A stretch of DNA of 64,000 nt. It comes from an uncultured Sphingomonas sp. Its GTDB lineage: Bacteria > Pseudomonadota > Alphaproteobacteria > Sphingomonadales > Sphingomonadaceae. Position numbers and translations under genes: made by a program. Where the stretch lies: positions 2,883-66,882 of the forward strand of contig CAJYLV010000052.1 in NCBI GenBank assembly GCA_913776255.1, written 5' to 3'. Below, piece after piece: positions 51,758 through 61,080 of this stretch (the first letter of the stretch is position 1; each line of letters starts with the position of its first letter). The notes beneath the pieces are model-generated. The model saw nothing but the letters and a program-made list of their open reading frames with translations. It made no database searches and had not been told where the DNA came from.

Positions 51758-53812
51758 TCACGAGCGGAGGCGGACGCCGATCCAGAGAGTGCGCGGGGTG
51801 GCGCGCTCGACCACGCCGGTGCCGCTGAGTCCCGCCTCGACGCGCGCGTCGAAGACGTTCTCGGCGCGCGCCTCGATCGCGATGCGGCGCGTGATCGGGA
51901 GCGCGGCATAGCCGTCGAGCGTCGTCGCCGCGCCAAGCGTGCGGCTGTTCTGATCGTCCTCGAACTGTGCGGCGCTGTGGCGGAGCGTCGCCGAGAGCGC
52001 CGCGTCCTGCTGCCGCCAGCCGAGCGCGGTGGAGACGAGATCGCGCGGGGTCTGCGCGGGGCGGAGGTCGTCGAGCGGGGCGGCGCTGCCCGACGCGCGG
52101 ACACGCGGGTTGACGTGGCTCCACGAGGCGCTGGCGAACCACGGCCCGTAATCCCAGCGCGCATCCAGCTCGACCCCCGTCGACTCGATCGCGTCGAGGT
52201 TCTGGCGGACGCGATAGGTGCCGCCGGCCGCGACGAAGCCGACGCCCGGGAAGGTGCCGGGGCCGCGTCCGGCGGTGACGTTGCTGATCGCGTCGGTCAG
52301 CCGGTTCCAGAACAGGGTGCCGGTCAGGCTGACCCCGCCGACCGGCACCACCGTCACCCCGCCGTCGACGCCGGTCAGCCGTTCGGCCGACAGCAAGGCG
52401 TTGGCGGCGATGGCGTCGGTGCCGACGCGGAACGGCCGGTAGAGTTCGTTGAGCGTCGGCAGCCGCCAGCCGCGATAGGCCGAGGTGCGCAGCGTCAGCG
52501 GCGGCGCGATCGTCCATGCCGCGCCGGCGCGCCCGGTCCATTCGGTGCCGCTGCGGTCGGCGAAGTCGCTGGTGGTCAGCGCGGCGCCATTGGTCAGCGC
52601 GACCTCGCGCAGGCGGCCGTCGGTGAGCTGCCAGCGATCGACGCGCCCGCCGAGCGTCAGCGTCAGCGCACCGGCGGTCAGCGTGCCGTCGCCGAACACG
52701 CCCCAGTTGAGCGCCGCGCCGCCTGCGACGCGGCGGCGGGTCGGGAGGCCGGCGACATAGGTGTAGAGTTCCTGCGTCCGCCCCTCGACGCGGCGGATGT
52801 CGGCGCCGAAGCGCAGGTCGCGCCCGCTGCCGAGCCGCGGCGCCAGCTCGATCCGGCCGCCGACCCCGGTCGCGGGGGTGTTATACTGGTCGAGCGTCTG
52901 CGTGGCGGTCTGGCGCGCGCTGTCGACGCTGGCGAATTGCGAGGCGAAGGCGCGGGTCTGGAGATAGGCGAGCGCCGACCAGCCGAGCGCGCCGCGCCCG
53001 ACGAGGCGCAGGCTGGCGTCGGCGCCTTCGCTGCGGTTGGCGGTGAAGGCGGTGCCACGCTCGCGCGTGTCGGTGAAGCCCGAGACGTTCGCCTGCAACT
53101 CGGTGGAGGGTGCGACGGCGACGACGGTGCGCGCCGCGGCGGAGAATTGCTCATAGGGCGCGGCACGGTCGGCGGGGCCGCGCTGCCCGGCGACGGTCGG
53201 GACAAAGCCGTCGCCGCGCGCATAAGCGGCAGAGAGCGTCGCAAAGCCCGCGTCGCGTTCGAGCAGCACCGAGGCGGTCGCGTCCAGCGAATTGCGGCTG
53301 CCATAGGCGAGGTCGGCGGTGAGCGGCGATTGGTCGCGCGGGCCGCTGCTGTCGATCTCGACCGTCCCCGCCAGCGCGCCGGGACCGAAATAGCCGCTGC
53401 CGCCGCCGCGCGTGACGCGGATCGCGCCGATCCGGTCGGTGGCATAGGCGGGGAAGGGCACCCAGCCGCCGAACGGATCGGTCTGCGGCACGCCGTCGAG
53501 GATCAGCAGCGCGCGGCTGGAGGCGTTGCCGCCGATCCCGCGCAGCGAGATGCCCTGGCTGGTGGGGTTGGCCGAGCGCGAGTCGGCGCGGCGGAATTGC
53601 AGGAGCCCGGCGACGTCGGCGAGCACGCTTTCCAGCCGGTTGCTGGCATTTTCGCGAACGCGCGCGGCGTCGAGCGTCACGACCGACGCGGCCTTGTCGC
53701 CGGGCCGCGGCGCGAGCCCGCGGCCGCGCACGACCACCTCCTCGCCGTCTTGCGCAGCGGCCGGGGTGGTGAGCGTGCCGGCGAGCAGCAGGGCGGTGGT
53801 CAGGCGTTTCAT
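51758..53812 (-). CDS. TonB-dependent receptor
   Basis: Signal peptide, EVVVRG TonB box, plug (SLRGIGGNASSRALLILDGVP), RLPTLNELYR, AENVFD; true start 53812. Confidence 0.9.
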   Translation of the reverse strand: MKRLTTALLLAGTLTTPAAAQDGEEVVVRGRGLAPRPGDKAASVVTLDAARVRENASNRLESVLADVAGLLQFRRADSRSANPTSQGISLRGIGGNASSRALLILDGVPQTDPFGGWVPFPAYATDRIGAIRVTRGGGSGYFGPGALAGTVEIDSSGPRDQSPLTADLAYGSRNSLDATASVLLERDAGFATLSAAYARGDGFVPTVAGQRGPADRAAPYEQFSAAARTVVAVAPSTELQANVSGFTDTRERGTAFTANRSEGADASLRLVGRGALGWSALAYLQTRAFASQFASVDSARQTATQTLDQYNTPATGVGGRIELAPRLGSGRDLRFGADIRRVEGRTQELYTYVAGLPTRRRVAGGAALNWGVFGDGTLTAGALTLTLGGRVDRWQLTDGRLREVALTNGAALTTSDFADRSGTEWTGRAGAAWTIAPPLTLRTSAYRGWRLPTLNELYRPFRVGTDAIAANALLSAERLTGVDGGVTVVPVGGVSLTGTLFWNRLTDAISNVTAGRGPGTFPGVGFVAAGGTYRVRQNLDAIESTGVELDARWDYGPWFASASWSHVNPRVRASGSAAPLDDLRPAQTPRDLVSTALGWRQQDAALSATLRHSAAQFEDDQNSRTLGAATTLDGYAALPITRRIAIEARAENVFDARVEAGLSGTGVVERATPRTLWIGVRLRS

Positions 53813-53841
53813 CAAGAGGTCTCCGGGCGGCGGGCCGCCGG

Positions 53842-54822
53842 TCAGGGGGTCGCGGGCAGGACGCCGAGCCGGGCGGCGAAGGCGGCGAAGAGCGTCGGCC
53901 AAGCCGCGGCGGGGGTGCCGGCGGGCAGGCGCACGCCGAAGCCATGCCCGCCCTTGTCGAACGCGTGCAGCTCGGCCGGACGCTGCGCGGCGAGCAGCGC
54001 CTGATATAGCGCGAGGCTGTTGGCGATCGGCACGGTGCCGTCGTCGCTGGCGTGGACGAGGAACACCGGCGCGGTCTGCGCATCGACATGGCGCTCGACC
54101 GAGGCGGCGCGGCGCGCGGCGTCGTCGGAGGGCGTGCCGAGCAGATTGTCGCGCGACCCGACGTGCGTGAACGGCTCGGCCAGCGAGACGACCGGGTAGA
54201 TCAGCCCGGCGAGATCGGGGCGTGCCGACAGCCGGTCGCTGGCGTCGACCGGCTGATAGGTCCGCTCGGCATGGCGGGTGGCGAGGCTGCCGGCGAGATG
54301 CCCGCCGGCCGAGAAGCCGAGCACCGCGACGCGCCTCGCATCGACGCCATAGCGCGCGGCATTGGCGCGGATCAGCCGCAGCCCGCGCTGCGCGTCCTGC
54401 AGCGGCACCAAGGCGCGGTCGCGCCAGCCTTCGCCGGGCAGGCGATAGGTGAGGATGAAGCAGGTGACGCCGCGCGCGGTGAGCCAGCGCGCCTGCTCCT
54501 CGCCCTCGTTGTCGAAGGCGAGAAAGCCATAGCCGCCGCCCGGGATCAGCATCACCGCCGCGCCGTTCGGCTGTGCCGGGCGGCGGACGGTGAGCGTCGG
54601 CATCGCGATCCCGGTCAGCCAGCGATCGTTGAAGCCGGGGGTCTTCGAGCGTTGCTCGACCTTGCGGGTCGGGAGGCTGGCGGGCGCGCCGGGCGGCGAT
54701 CCCGGCCAGAGCGGCAGCGTTTCGTCGCCGGCCTGTGCCGCGACCACGCCCGGCACGAGCGGCGCGGCGGCCAGCGCGGCGAGCAGCGCGCGGCGGGAGG
54801 GAGCGTCGAACGTCGCGGCCAT
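53842..54822 (-). CDS. Tat-exported alpha/beta hydrolase (acetylxylan/pectin esterase-like)
   Basis: SRRALL Tat motif, PGGGY, YRLP, QDAQR, GFSAGGHL, DD.V, GGHGFG. Confidence 0.88.
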   Translation of the reverse strand: MAATFDAPSRRALLAALAAAPLVPGVVAAQAGDETLPLWPGSPPGAPASLPTRKVEQRSKTPGFNDRWLTGIAMPTLTVRRPAQPNGAAVMLIPGGGYGFLAFDNEGEEQARWLTARGVTCFILTYRLPGEGWRDRALVPLQDAQRGLRLIRANAARYGVDARRVAVLGFSAGGHLAGSLATRHAERTYQPVDASDRLSARPDLAGLIYPVVSLAEPFTHVGSRDNLLGTPSDDAARRAASVERHVDAQTAPVFLVHASDDGTVPIANSLALYQALLAAQRPAELHAFDKGGHGFGVRLPAGTPAAAWPTLFAAFAARLGVLPATP

Positions 54823-54925
54823 ACAGTCTCTCCAATGCGTTATCGCGCCGGGCTTAGGGTTTGTGCGCGATCCCAACAAGGTTGCGATGGTCGGGGGATC
54901 GTCAGTGTCTCAACGTAGGTTCTTC

Positions 54926-55010
54926 CGTCATCCCGGACTTGATCCGGGATCCCGCTTCTTGCTTCGGCCGCCGAGAAAAAGCGGGGCCCCGGATCAGGTC
55001 AGGGGCGACG
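54926..55010. repeat. CGTC-tagged palindromic repeat, class B
   Basis: cgtcatcccggacttgatccgggatcccgcttctt ... aagcggggccccggatcaggtcaggggcgacg. Confidence 0.85.
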
Positions 55011-55077
55011 AAGGAGGGAGGCAAACAAACCGATAAGTATCCGGCGCGAACCCCTGTGTGTCGGTCGTGTCCATATC

Positions 55078-55091
55078 AGGTAACGCTATCA
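55078..55091. promoter_or_regulatory. LacI-type operator
   Basis: aGGTAACGCTATCa, CG-centred imperfect palindrome upstream of the LacI gene. Confidence 0.5.
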
Positions 55092-55145
55092 TCAAAATTC
55101 GCGGGGGAGACTTACCTGCGGCAAGGTTGATGCTAAGCAGGGCGA

Positions 55146-56216
55146 ATGACGGGGGAGAGACGCAAGCGACGCTCGGGCGTACCGACGATCGCCGACGTGG
55201 CACAGCTGGCCGGCGTGTCGCAGATGACGGTATCGCGCGTCATCAATGCCGAGGGCAACGTTCGCGCCGAGACGCGCGACACCGTGAATGCGGCGATCCG
55301 CCAGCTCGATTATTCACCCAATCCGGCGGCGCGGCGGCTGGCCGGGGCGGCGCAGCTGCGCATCGGGCTGTTGTTCAGCAACCCCAGCGAATCCTATCTG
55401 AGCGCGTTCCTGCTCGGCAGCCTCGATCAGGCGGGGCGGTCGGACATTCAGCTGATCGTGCAGAAATGCGAGCTGGACGATCACGAGGGCGACGTCGCCG
55501 CGCGCCTGATCGCGGGCGGGATCGACGGGGTGATCCTGCCGCCGCCGCTCTGCGATTCGCCGGTCGTGCTCGACGTGCTGCTGGCGGCGGGGATCCCGAC
55601 GGTCGCGGTTGCGACCAGCGCCCCGCCGCCGCAGGTGGGGGCGGTGGCGATCGACGATCGCGGCGCGGCGCAGGCGATGACCGCGCATCTGCTCGCGCTG
55701 GGGCACCGGCGGATCGGCTTCATCACCGGCAACGACAATATCCACGCCAGCGCCGAGCGGCTGGCCGGCTATCGCGCCGCGCTGTCCGTCGCCGGGCTGG
55801 TGCCCGACGATGCCTTGGTCGCGAACGGCCTGTTCGACTATCGCTCCGGGCTGGTCGCCGCCGAGCGCTTGCTCGACATGGCCGCCCCGCCGACCGCGAT
55901 CTTCGCGAGCAACGACGACATGGCGGCGGCGTCGGTGGCGGTGGCGCACCGCCGCGGGCTGGACGTGCCGCGCGATCTGACCGTGTGCGGCTTCGACGAC
56001 AGCGCGCTGGCGACGACGATCTGGCCCGAGCTGACGACGATCCGCCAGCCGATCGCCGACATGAGCCGCGCCGCGATCGAGCTGCTCGCGGGGATGCTGG
56101 CGGATCGCCGCGAGACCGGGCGGGGCGGGGCGAAACAGGTGACGCTGGATTACACGTTGGTACGGCGCGGCTCCGACGCGCCGCCGAACGGGGTCGCTGA
56201 ACCGCCCGGCGCGTGA
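55146..56216 (+). CDS. LacI family transcriptional regulator
   Basis: TIADVAQLAGVSQMTVSRVIN, LGHRRIGFI, ASNDDMAA, GFDD, LTTIRQP. Confidence 0.95.
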   Translation: MTGERRKRRSGVPTIADVAQLAGVSQMTVSRVINAEGNVRAETRDTVNAAIRQLDYSPNPAARRLAGAAQLRIGLLFSNPSESYLSAFLLGSLDQAGRSDIQLIVQKCELDDHEGDVAARLIAGGIDGVILPPPLCDSPVVLDVLLAAGIPTVAVATSAPPPQVGAVAIDDRGAAQAMTAHLLALGHRRIGFITGNDNIHASAERLAGYRAALSVAGLVPDDALVANGLFDYRSGLVAAERLLDMAAPPTAIFASNDDMAAASVAVAHRRGLDVPRDLTVCGFDDSALATTIWPELTTIRQPIADMSRAAIELLAGMLADRRETGRGGAKQVTLDYTLVRRGSDAPPNGVAEPPGA

Positions 56217-56288
56217 TAGCGCGCAACGCGGTGACAGCGCGTGGAGATATGACGGTGAGTGACGGCGTGGCGGCGGGGCGCGGCTGAG

Positions 56289-58001
56289 ATGGGCGCGATC
56301 GCCGGGCTGTTCCATCCCGCCACCCCCAAGCCGGTCGACCCCGCGCGCATCCGCGCGATGGCGGCGGCGATGGCGCACCGCGGCCCGGACGGCGCGGGCG
56401 AGTGGACCGCGCCGGGGGTCGGCTTCGCGCACCGCCGGCTGGCGGTGCCCGGCGGGGCGGCGAACGCGCAACCGGTCGCGACCCCGGACCTGCGCTATGC
56501 GGCGATGCTCGACGGGACGATCCTGAACCACGCGCCGCTGCGGGCGGAGCTGCGCGCGCTGGGGCACGAGTTCGTGGGCGAGGGCGATGCCGAGGTGGTG
56601 CTGCACGGTTTCGCGGCATGGGGGCCGGCGCTGCTCGACCGGCTGGAGGGTGCGTTCGCGATCGCGGTGCACGATGCGGCGACGCAGACGCTGTTCCTGG
56701 CGCGCGACCGGCTGGGGGCCAAGCCGTTGCATCTGGCGCTGCTGCCGGACGGTGCGCTGATCTTCGCGTCGGAGCTGAAGGGGCTGCTCGCGCATCCGCT
56801 GCTGCGGCGCGTGCCGGACGGGTTGGCGGTCGCCGACTATCTGGCGCTGGGCTATGTACCCGACGATGCCTGCGTGATCGCGGGGGTGGAGAAGCTGGCG
56901 GCGGGGCATTTCCTGCTGGTCGAGCGCGGGCGGACGCTGCGGGGGGCGCGGCGGTGGTGGACGCTGCCCGAGCAGGGCGCGGCGCCGGCGGAAGCCTTGC
57001 TGGCCGAACTGCGCGCGGCGGTGGCGCGCAGTTCGGGCGACGCGCGGCCGGCGGCGCTGCTGCTCGGCGGGCTGGGCGATGCGGCGGTGGTCGCGCTCGC
57101 GGCGGAGGCGAGCGGCAAGGCGGTGGCGACCGTGGGCGTCGGTGACGATCGCGGGGTGGCGGCGCGGTTCGCGACCGCGCACCGGCGTGCGGCGCTCGAC
57201 GACCTGCCGGCGCTGCTCGACGATCTCGTGGTGGCGTTCGACGAGCCGATCGGCGATCCGGCGGCGCTGGCGGCGATCGTCGCGGCGCGGGGAAGCGGAC
57301 CGGTGGTGATGTCCGGGGCCGGCGCGGCGCTGCTGCTGGACGGCGGGCGCTGGCGGCGGTTCGCGCGGCGTGAGCGGTGGCGACGGTGGCGGTGGACGCT
57401 GCCGGGCCTGGGTGCGGCGCGCGAGGATTACCTGCACGCGGTCGACGCTTCGGATCCGCGCGCGTTGTGGAGCGCGGACGGGCGGCGCGTGCCGGGCGCG
57501 CATGACGTGGCGGCGCGGTTCGCGGCGGCGTGGGGCGGTGGCGATCCGGCCGACGCCGCGCTGCGCTGCGATCTGGCGACGCGGCTGCCGGGGCACGCGC
57601 TGACGATCGCGGATCGCGCCGGAATGGCCGCGGGCGCGGAGTGGCGGACGCCGTTCGCGGATCCGCGGCTGGTGGCGTTCGCGCTGGCGCTGCCGGCCGG
57701 GGTGCGGCAGGCGCGGACCTCACCGCTGGGCGCGGCGATGGCGCGGCACTTGCCGGCGATGCCGGTGGCGGCGCCGCCGCTGCCGGTGTCCCACTGGCTG
57801 CGCGGGCCGCTGGCGGCGCCGGTGGCGGGGCTGGAGCGGTCGCGGCCGTTCGCCGAGTTTGGCTGGTTCGACAGGGCAGGGATCGCGCAGCTGGTCGGGC
57901 ACCATCGCGTTGGCGACGACGCGCCCGGCGCGCTGCTGTGGCGGTTGCTGGTGCTCGAGCGGAGCCTCAGCCGGTTGTTCGGCTGGCCAAGGTCCGCTTG
58001 A
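56289..58001 (+). CDS. Asparagine synthetase-like (XrtA-system amidotransferase-like) protein with degenerate catalytic motifs
   Basis: AHRGPDG, HRRL, ARDRLGAKPL, FASELKGL, FDEP present; N-terminus is MGAIAG (no Cys) and SGGLDS reads LGGLGD. Confidence 0.8.
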   Translation: MGAIAGLFHPATPKPVDPARIRAMAAAMAHRGPDGAGEWTAPGVGFAHRRLAVPGGAANAQPVATPDLRYAAMLDGTILNHAPLRAELRALGHEFVGEGDAEVVLHGFAAWGPALLDRLEGAFAIAVHDAATQTLFLARDRLGAKPLHLALLPDGALIFASELKGLLAHPLLRRVPDGLAVADYLALGYVPDDACVIAGVEKLAAGHFLLVERGRTLRGARRWWTLPEQGAAPAEALLAELRAAVARSSGDARPAALLLGGLGDAAVVALAAEASGKAVATVGVGDDRGVAARFATAHRRAALDDLPALLDDLVVAFDEPIGDPAALAAIVAARGSGPVVMSGAGAALLLDGGRWRRFARRERWRRWRWTLPGLGAAREDYLHAVDASDPRALWSADGRRVPGAHDVAARFAAAWGGGDPADAALRCDLATRLPGHALTIADRAGMAAGAEWRTPFADPRLVAFALALPAGVRQARTSPLGAAMARHLPAMPVAAPPLPVSHWLRGPLAAPVAGLERSRPFAEFGWFDRAGIAQLVGHHRVGDDAPGALLWRLLVLERSLSRLFGWPRSA

Positions 58002-58917
58002 CGAACAGGTCGAACGATTGCGGCCACAAAGCGCCGGAGAGGTCGGGCGGGAGATAGGCGGGGCCGAAGCCGTGGCCGCCCTCCTGAAAGAAATGCGCCT
58101 CTACGGCGACGCGCGCCGCCTGGCACGCCGCGAGCATCGCCATCGGCTGCGCGGCGGGGACGACCGGATCGTCGAGCGCATGGGCGATGAAGATCGGCGG
58201 GGTGTCACGGGTGACGCGCCGGTCGGTGTCGAAGCGTGCCGCGCCGAGCGTGCCGACGCGCATCCGGTCGCCGGTGATGACCGGATAGATCAGCCCGGCA
58301 TAAGCGGGGCGCGCGGATCGGTCGTCAGCGGTGTCGATTCGTTCGTAGACGGGATCGGCAAAGGCGGTGGCGAGGCTGGCGGCGAGCAGGCCGCCCGCCG
58401 AAAAGCCGATCACGCCGAGCGTTGCCGGGTCGATCGCGAAGTCGGCGGCGCGGGTCCGGATCAGCCGCATCGCGCGCTGCGCATCCTGGAGCGGCACGTC
58501 CTGCGGCTCCAGCCACCCCTCGCCGGGGAGGCGATAGGCGAGGACGAAGACGGTCACGCCGAGCGGGTTGAAGGTCCGCGCGACGTTGATGCCCTCGTTC
58601 TCGACCGAGAGATAGCGATAGCCGCCGCCGGGAAGCGACAGCAACGCGCGGCCATCGGGTCTTGCCGGGCGATAGACGCCGACGACCGGCGCGGCGACGC
58701 CGCGCAGGTGCAGTTCGCGGCGCGGCGGCTGGCCGCTCATCTCGTCGTTCGGGGTGGGGAGGCGGCGCGGACTGTTGGGCGGCTGTCTGGGCCAGAGGTT
58801 GAAATGCTCGCGTGGGGGCCATTGCGTAACGGCGTCCTGCGCGGCCGCCGACGCGGTCACGGCGAGGGTGGCAAGCGTGGCCGCTCCGCCAATCAAGGCG
58901 CGCCGGTCGATTGGCAT
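57967..58917 (-). CDS. Tat-exported alpha/beta hydrolase, paralogue of 53842-54822
   Basis: DRRALI Tat motif, PGGGY, YRLPGEGW, QDAQR, GFSAGG, DDPVV, GGHGFG. Confidence 0.88.
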   Translation of the reverse strand: MPIDRRALIGGAATLATLAVTASAAAQDAVTQWPPREHFNLWPRQPPNSPRRLPTPNDEMSGQPPRRELHLRGVAAPVVGVYRPARPDGRALLSLPGGGYRYLSVENEGINVARTFNPLGVTVFVLAYRLPGEGWLEPQDVPLQDAQRAMRLIRTRAADFAIDPATLGVIGFSAGGLLAASLATAFADPVYERIDTADDRSARPAYAGLIYPVITGDRMRVGTLGAARFDTDRRVTRDTPPIFIAHALDDPVVPAAQPMAMLAACQAARVAVEAHFFQEGGHGFGPAYLPPDLSGALWPQSFDLFVKRTLASRTTG

Positions 58918-58982
58918 CTACGTCCCTCCGTTGCTTTGAAGGGCGGTTATCGCAGGAATCGAAGAGCCGGGGCAACCTTGCC

Positions 58983-59047
58983 CGTCGTTCCTGAGGTGAT
59001 CCGGGATCCCGCTCCCTTTCGGGCCGGTCGTCAGGAAAAGGCAGCGG
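58983..59047. repeat. Truncated class B palindromic repeat (left arm only)
   Basis: cgtcgttcctgaggtgatccgggatcccgct matches the left arm of the 20375 copy; right arm absent. Confidence 0.65.
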
Positions 59048-59090
59048 TTTGCGTCTTTGCGGAGATGCCTCATCTTGGATGGAGCAGCGC

Positions 59091-59486
59091 CTAAAGGTCA
59101 CGGTTGCGACGCATCGGCATCGCATCGATCGTCCGTTCGAGGGCCGCTGCGGCAATCGGGCGCGTGGCGCGCAGCTTGGTGCCGCCGTCCTTGCCGATCA
59201 GAATGACCGAAAATCGTGAATCGGGGAGCCGGTAACGGGCGCGTAGCGTCGGTGCCGCGTCGCTGACCCCTGTCACGTCGCGACCGACGATCTCGACGAC
59301 CTTGAGGTCGCGTTCTTCTGCCCCGGCGGACCAGCGCGCCAGGATGCGCCGCTGCTCCCTGAGATCCGCGTTCCGCTGATCGGGCGCGGCGATCAACAGG
59401 ATTCGCTTCTCCCATCGGAGTGCCGCCATTCCCGGGGGCAGTGCGGCGGCGAGCGAGATCGAGGCGAACAGCAGCGAGATGTTCAT
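59091..59486 (-). CDS. DUF4174 family exported protein
   Basis: RWEKRILLI, ERDL.V, LIGKDGGTK, IDAMPMR. Confidence 0.88.
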   Translation of the reverse strand: MNISLLFASISLAAALPPGMAALRWEKRILLIAAPDQRNADLREQRRILARWSAGAEERDLKVVEIVGRDVTGVSDAAPTLRARYRLPDSRFSVILIGKDGGTKLRATRPIAAAALERTIDAMPMRRNRDL

Positions 59487-59638
59487 GGGCGCGCAACGCG
59501 CCGATCCCGTCGGTGTTTCGCGGCCATCCCGGAGAGAGGGGCAGGGAAGGCGGCTTCAGCACGACTACAAGCGAATCGAAGAGCAGACGCGGCGAATACC
59601 GCGCGGCTGAATCGATGTCGTGCCAGCGACGCGCTTCG

Positions 59639-60682
59639 TCAGTTGCGCACTGACAGCGAGAAGGTCGCCGACTGCCCGGATCGCGATGTCGCCTGAACAA
59701 GCGTGCCTGACGGCGGAGGCGGCGAGTTCACGCCCGAAAGGGTGCCGCGAAAATCCCACGCGCCGGTCGCATCCGGAAAGGCGTTTCCGAGCAGAGCGCC
59801 GTTGAGCTTGATCGTGACCATATTGGCTTGACCATTTACCGAGACGGGAAGCACCGTGCCGCCGATCCGAAACTCCTTTTTCGAGGTGCGAAAGGCCGCC
59901 GACGTTATGCTGAGTGCGGGCGGCGTGGGGACGCTCGGGTTCGGTACCGTGCCGAATCGACGCCCCTGAACAGTGAAGAGATCGGAGCGGACAAGGTCGG
60001 GGGTGACGGCGTTGGCACTTCCTTGTCCGATGCCCGGCCCCGCGATCTCGACATGGTTGCGAAACGGGCCGCCGGTGACCTGGCGTTCGGAGGCGCCATC
60101 GCCGATGTAGCCCGGCGGCATCCCGCTCGCCCAGGTAAGAAAGGGCGCGATCTCCCCGGTCACCAGCACCTGCTTCATGTTCCCTTCGGCGACACCAAGA
60201 TCGCAGGTTTCGAAAATGCGGCCGCGCGCATCGGCTTTGAACGCGTCGCTCTCGCCATACGGATGACGAACGACATAGGCCGCGTTCGGCCGCAGGTCGT
60301 CGATCCGGATTCGCAGCCGCGCGAACACGACGCCCAGATGCGGCGTCGGCGCCATCGCCATCGTTCCCGCATACCCGGGCAGTCCGTCGCCTTGGAACGC
60401 GGCTTCCAGCGCCATGATCACCCGCGCCCGGCCGACCACGCCGCTGCCACCGACCTCCAGTCGCGCCTCGGCCATGTAATAGAAGGCCTCCTCCGGATAA
60501 TTGCCGGGATAGACGACCGGGCTGCCGGGATCGGGCAGCTCGCCGATCGCCGGCGCCATCGGGTCCGGGGCCGTGACCAGGGCGAGGCGCACGCCATTGG
60601 CATCTTCGAACCACGTCGGGAAACCGTTGCCCGGATCGATCGGGCCGGCGGCCGACAAACGATGGGGATTTCTGACAGCCAT
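59639..60682 (-). CDS. Hypothetical protein of a family seen near Mn-oxidase multicopper oxidase loci, with a beta-rich C-terminal domain
   Basis: GGAGG RBS; GPIDPGNGFPTWFED, YPGNYPEEAFYY, LEAAF, VFARLRIRI, HPYG, GYIGDG, VTGGPF, FTVQG. Confidence 0.7.
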   Translation of the reverse strand: MAVRNPHRLSAAGPIDPGNGFPTWFEDANGVRLALVTAPDPMAPAIGELPDPGSPVVYPGNYPEEAFYYMAEARLEVGGSGVVGRARVIMALEAAFQGDGLPGYAGTMAMAPTPHLGVVFARLRIRIDDLRPNAAYVVRHPYGESDAFKADARGRIFETCDLGVAEGNMKQVLVTGEIAPFLTWASGMPPGYIGDGASERQVTGGPFRNHVEIAGPGIGQGSANAVTPDLVRSDLFTVQGRRFGTVPNPSVPTPPALSITSAAFRTSKKEFRIGGTVLPVSVNGQANMVTIKLNGALLGNAFPDATGAWDFRGTLSGVNSPPPPSGTLVQATSRSGQSATFSLSVRN

Positions 60683-61080
60683 AAGCACCTCCGCCGTTGC
60701 GCGACTCGTGCCGACTGGCTTTCGCCTCGTCCCGACGACTGCTTTGGTCGAGGGCTGCGATCCAGCTTCTTTAGCTGGGCATGATGATGCCGCAAATGCA
60801 TCGTCGCCGCAACAGAAGGATTCATCGCTCGAACCGATCCTGTGCAAAAGTTACAATTGGTCGATCCGCAGGTCTGGAGCGCTGAGCAGGGGGGCGGCGG
60901 AGTCAAATCACCTGCCGAGATCGGGCCGCGCATCTTTTATCAATTTCATCGAACAAGTAGAAACGGGACCTTTGACATCGTCCATGATCCGTGACAGGTT
61001 TCGAGGCGGAGTCGTCGACTCCTAAAAAATAACATCTGACACACGGGCCGCTGCGCATCCTTTAAAAGGGGGGTAGCGTC

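Noticed and set aside
51758-54835. Apparent 1025-aa TonB receptor with an N-terminal extension
   Set aside because: The extension is an off-frame reading of the esterase gene; the signal peptide starts at 53812
60697-60713. Sigma-54-like promoter (minus strand CGGCACG-AGTC-GCGCA) before the 59639-60682 gene
   Set aside because: GG-N10-GC spacing fits, but the -12 element is poor and the implied start site would clip the RBS
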